This document shows positions 26,283 through 28,825 of a stretch of 28,825 bases of DNA, piece by piece. The translations under genes were made by a program, and so were the position numbers. The notes beneath the pieces were generated by a model, which was not told the DNA's origin, made no database searches, and saw only the letters and a program-made list of their open reading frames with translations. Position 1 is the first letter of the stretch. Every line of letters begins with the position of its first letter. This DNA is from Pseudomonadota bacterium (lineage in GTDB: Bacteria > Bdellovibrionota_B > Oligoflexia > Oligoflexales > CAIMVM01), in the NCBI GenBank assembly GCA_037142195.1, contig JBAXBA010000042.1:1-28825 (forward strand), written 5' to 3'.

Positions 26283-26474
26283 TCATATGATACGTAAAAT
26301 ATTGACTCGCACGTACGGTATCGTTTGACCAGCCAAGTGAATTGCAGCTTCTACTTGACGTTTGGCACAACAGGAAGGACATAGGCCTCTTTTCTTGAAG
26401 CTAAAGCCAAATAACTGCTCCTTTTGAAAGCGTTTGCAGACAAGTTTCAAATACCCATAGGCTGGAATCCCGCA
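26283..26474 (-). pseudogene. IS91-family (rolling-circle) transposase zinc-binding domain remnant
   Basis: Not in the ORF track. Reads CGIPAYGYLKLVCKRFQKEQLFGFSFKKRGLCPSCCAKRQVEAAIHLAGQTIPYVR, versus family pattern CG..A.GF....C..C..E..V.FSCK.RG.CPSC...R....A.HL....P. Bounded by stops; two Cys positions are replaced by Phe. Confidence 0.85.
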
Positions 26475-26698
26475 CTATGCGCTCTTGTTCTCACTCAAGC
26501 TGAGCTCAATCTTTTCTTCGAAGGCCCCAACATAAACAAACTGTTTATTGAGAGTTCTTTTGATTTAACAAAAATATTAAATGAAAGGACTTAAAAACCA
26601 AGCCGTTAAGACCGCGGAAAGCGAGGTGATTTCAAAATGTCAGGATTGACGCGGCCTAGGGCAACCCAACTACCCTTGAAGAATTTTAAACATTTCAT

Positions 26699-26725
26699 TT
26701 AAGCTATTTAGGGAGCAGACGATAA
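26699..26725 (+). promoter_or_regulatory. sigma28-like promoter of the pilin-like gene
   Basis: TTAA(G)-N15-GACGATAA. Confidence 0.5.
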
Positions 26726-26802
26726 AGATGAGAATAGTGGTTGCATTGTCTATATCTTATACCTGCTGGGCCATGCTCCTAGTGAGCCAAAACGAGGAAT
26801 TT

Positions 26803-27660
26803 ATGAAATTCAGAATAGATAAGACCCTAAAGAGCGAACAACGATCACTGGACAATTACCTAAAGAAAAAAAAGCTCAAGACTAACGGCGGTTTTAGTTT
26901 AGTTGAAGCTCTTGTTGCTATGTTTATTTTAGGTGTAATCGGCGTAGGGATTTCACAAATGTCAGAACTTGGTTTTAAGTCTGCGGCCTCGGCTGGAATA
27001 CGACAAGACTTACAAACGTTAAAAATGACCATCCGAGACCAGTTGAGTTGTGAAAAAACTCTAAATCTTCCTGATGGATACGATACATCCGTTCCGGTCC
27101 CATGCACTGGAAGCAAGCTAACCTTAAAAAAGCCTGATGGAAACGCTTTTGGAAATCCTTTAGGCTCACTAACGTGGAGTGCTTCTTGTGTAGCCAATAA
27201 AATCAAAGTTATGGTTTCGTCTAAAAGAAGTGACCCCTTAACAGGACAACCCTTCGTAACTAGAGATTTATTTAATGGAATTGCTGAAGGTTTGTGTTCC
27301 TCTTATTTTACTGGATTTGCCTGCAAAGCTGGCGACACTGTAATTGGCATTGCGGGATCAACACCAGTCTGTGGAAAGGCGGGAGCTAACGCGCTCGGCT
27401 TCGAAAAGGTCGAAGGAACGGCTAATGAAACTAATATTGTTTGTGGTTGGCCAAGTAAGCCACCTATGAAACATGTAGCTGGAACAGTTTGTTGCCCAAG
27501 CGGAAAAATAGTATTCAGCGGCGGGGGACAGTGCAACATTGGAGCTGGTGGATTCACAGAAAATAGTTTGCAAAATGGGCCTAACTGTTGGCATGTCGAT
27601 TGCTGTAAGTATCCTCCCTATGAATCCACGGCGATTTATGTCGGTTGTATCAATCCTTAA
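26803..27660 (+). CDS. Type IV pilin-like protein (prepilin peptidase site) with Cys-rich C-terminal domain
   Basis: ATG at 26803 (GAGG SD); G|FSLVEALVAMFILGVIG N-methylation motif; 14 Cys in the mature part. Confidence 0.85.
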   Translation: MKFRIDKTLKSEQRSLDNYLKKKKLKTNGGFSLVEALVAMFILGVIGVGISQMSELGFKSAASAGIRQDLQTLKMTIRDQLSCEKTLNLPDGYDTSVPVPCTGSKLTLKKPDGNAFGNPLGSLTWSASCVANKIKVMVSSKRSDPLTGQPFVTRDLFNGIAEGLCSSYFTGFACKAGDTVIGIAGSTPVCGKAGANALGFEKVEGTANETNIVCGWPSKPPMKHVAGTVCCPSGKIVFSGGGQCNIGAGGFTENSLQNGPNCWHVDCCKYPPYESTAIYVGCINP

Positions 27661-27815
27661 TTTATTTGACAAAAATTCATACATCGCCTCCGCACGGTAA
27701 GGGCTGCAAAAATCCCAACTACATTTTTGCAAGCTGAGAGAGACTTCCAGTGGGATAGTGCGTATCGTCGTATCGTACGTATCGAATTCACTCATGCCTT
27801 ATCGTATTGACTCAT

Positions 27816-27906
27816 GGGAAAATGACACCTTTAATTTTTTTGCGATTATGTCCCGTTAATTGACAAGGGAAAATGACAAGGGAAAATGACAAGGGAAAAT
27901 GACACC
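27816..27906. repeat. 13-bp tandem repeat (TGACAAGGGAAAA) x3.4 plus an upstream GGGAAAATGACACC copy
   Basis: Units at 27861, 27874, 27887 and a partial unit at 27900; GGGAAAATGACACC at 27816-27829 and 27893-27906. Confidence 0.9.
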
Positions 27907-27960
27907 CTGCGGGATCCAGCCAATCTAAGCATTCAAAAAAACAAACAAATTCTGGATATT

Positions 27961-27988
27961 TCAAGATCCGGGCATAGGCGACCGAAAA
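27961..27988 (+). promoter_or_regulatory. sigma28-like promoter of the lipoprotein gene
   Basis: TCAA(G)-N16-ACCGAAAA, 20 nt before the ATG. Confidence 0.4.
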
Positions 27989-28008
27989 GGAATCTATAGA
28001 GGTGATTT

Positions 28009-28797
28009 ATGGCTATAATGCAAAAAATGTTAAGTATCGTAACCGTGTTAGCATTGGCTTCCTGTAGCGAGAGCAATGATACTTCTAAAACGGCTTCAAG
28101 CCCTACTCCACCCGCGCAACCCAAGGACCAAGATCAAGTTGCTGCGCCTTCTGAGATAGCCGGTGCGTTTGCTGACCTAGAGTGTGGAGCAGATGCGCCA
28201 GGAATTGTTTGCAAAATGAGGTCCAAAGACTCAAATGCTGAAGTCTACTTAGACCTATTAGCGATTAAACCCGAATTTGAGTTAATTCTATCGCAGTCGA
28301 TTCTACCAAGCAGAGAAGATGTCAATAAGACCTCTGGATTGCGCAAAATAGCACTCACCACGTCACAGGTTGCATCTAAGTGGGGACTCGTAATTGACGC
28401 GGCCCCTGCTTCCGTAAATGAATTGACTGTTTTTCTTAAATCGAGTTTCTTAAACCCGGATACAACACTAGGTATCCTCTTCAAGAACCCCAAGAGCTCA
28501 GAGCCAAAACTCATAGCACGCATAGATCGATGCACTCTTGTTAGTTTTTTAATGGAGTGGGGCTACAATCCTGCATCTAAAAATACTCCTGGCACTTTGC
28601 CAACAAGCGTACAATCTATGTTGCAGACACAAGATATAACTAACCTGACAGCAGCAGCACTCAAAAGTCAAAGCCTCAGCTGTTTTTCTGCAGGGAAAAA
28701 ATCCGAATTGGAACTAAAGCGGCAGTTTAGCGCAGAAATGCTCGCCGCTGCAAATGAATGGTTTCTAAGATCAAACAATAGCTTCAAAAAACCATAG
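28009..28797 (+). CDS. Hypothetical lipoprotein
   Basis: GAGGTG SD; lipobox LASC followed by a Ser/Pro-rich linker; no recognised domain. Confidence 0.75.
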   Translation: MAIMQKMLSIVTVLALASCSESNDTSKTASSPTPPAQPKDQDQVAAPSEIAGAFADLECGADAPGIVCKMRSKDSNAEVYLDLLAIKPEFELILSQSILPSREDVNKTSGLRKIALTTSQVASKWGLVIDAAPASVNELTVFLKSSFLNPDTTLGILFKNPKSSEPKLIARIDRCTLVSFLMEWGYNPASKNTPGTLPTSVQSMLQTQDITNLTAAALKSQSLSCFSAGKKSELELKRQFSAEMLAAANEWFLRSNNSFKKP

Positions 28798-28825
28798 AAA
28801 AATTCGTGAGTTAACTAAAGCTTTT

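Noticed and set aside
26048..26328. Two short + strand ORFs considered as a RAYT transposase
   Set aside because: No HUH (HxH after LMxN) motif in proper context; the region is partly explained by the minus-strand IS91 remnant.
27816..27906. Repeats as a CRISPR array
   Set aside because: The units are 13 bp, contiguous and without spacers, and there are no cas genes.

Overview
Bacterial chromosomal window. The gene content (DUF4360 protein, TraF-like barrel plus TPR lipoprotein, Cys-rich pilin, matrixin with a Cys-containing C-terminal anchor, several sigma28-like promoters) suggests Bdellovibrionota/Oligoflexia; this is inference only. Left end: a TrmO/TsaA-family gene running off the window, then a ~1.8 kb integrase-less islet bounded by tRNA-Leu(UAA) and a displaced copy of its 3' end. 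The islet carries an intact DUF4258/DUF2283 putative toxin-antitoxin pair and a decayed transposase fragment. Middle: mostly core genes (ettA, srkA, REC-GGDEF, ahpCF with an OxyR box, fadD, a short asparaginase, response regulators, a GT39 glycosyltransferase), a matrixin plus small beta-barrel cluster, and an unannotated 163-nt 6S RNA candidate. Right end: an accessory mosaic with short tandem repeats, an IS91-family transposase remnant, a cytochrome c fusion, a type IV pilin-like gene and a lipoprotein. The most notable points missing from the ORF track are the 6S RNA candidate, the tRNA islet, a GT39 gene that appears to need an ATT start or amber readthrough, and a dispersed sigma28-like regulon. 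No CRISPR array or rRNA was seen. Family assignments come from motif recognition, not database searches.
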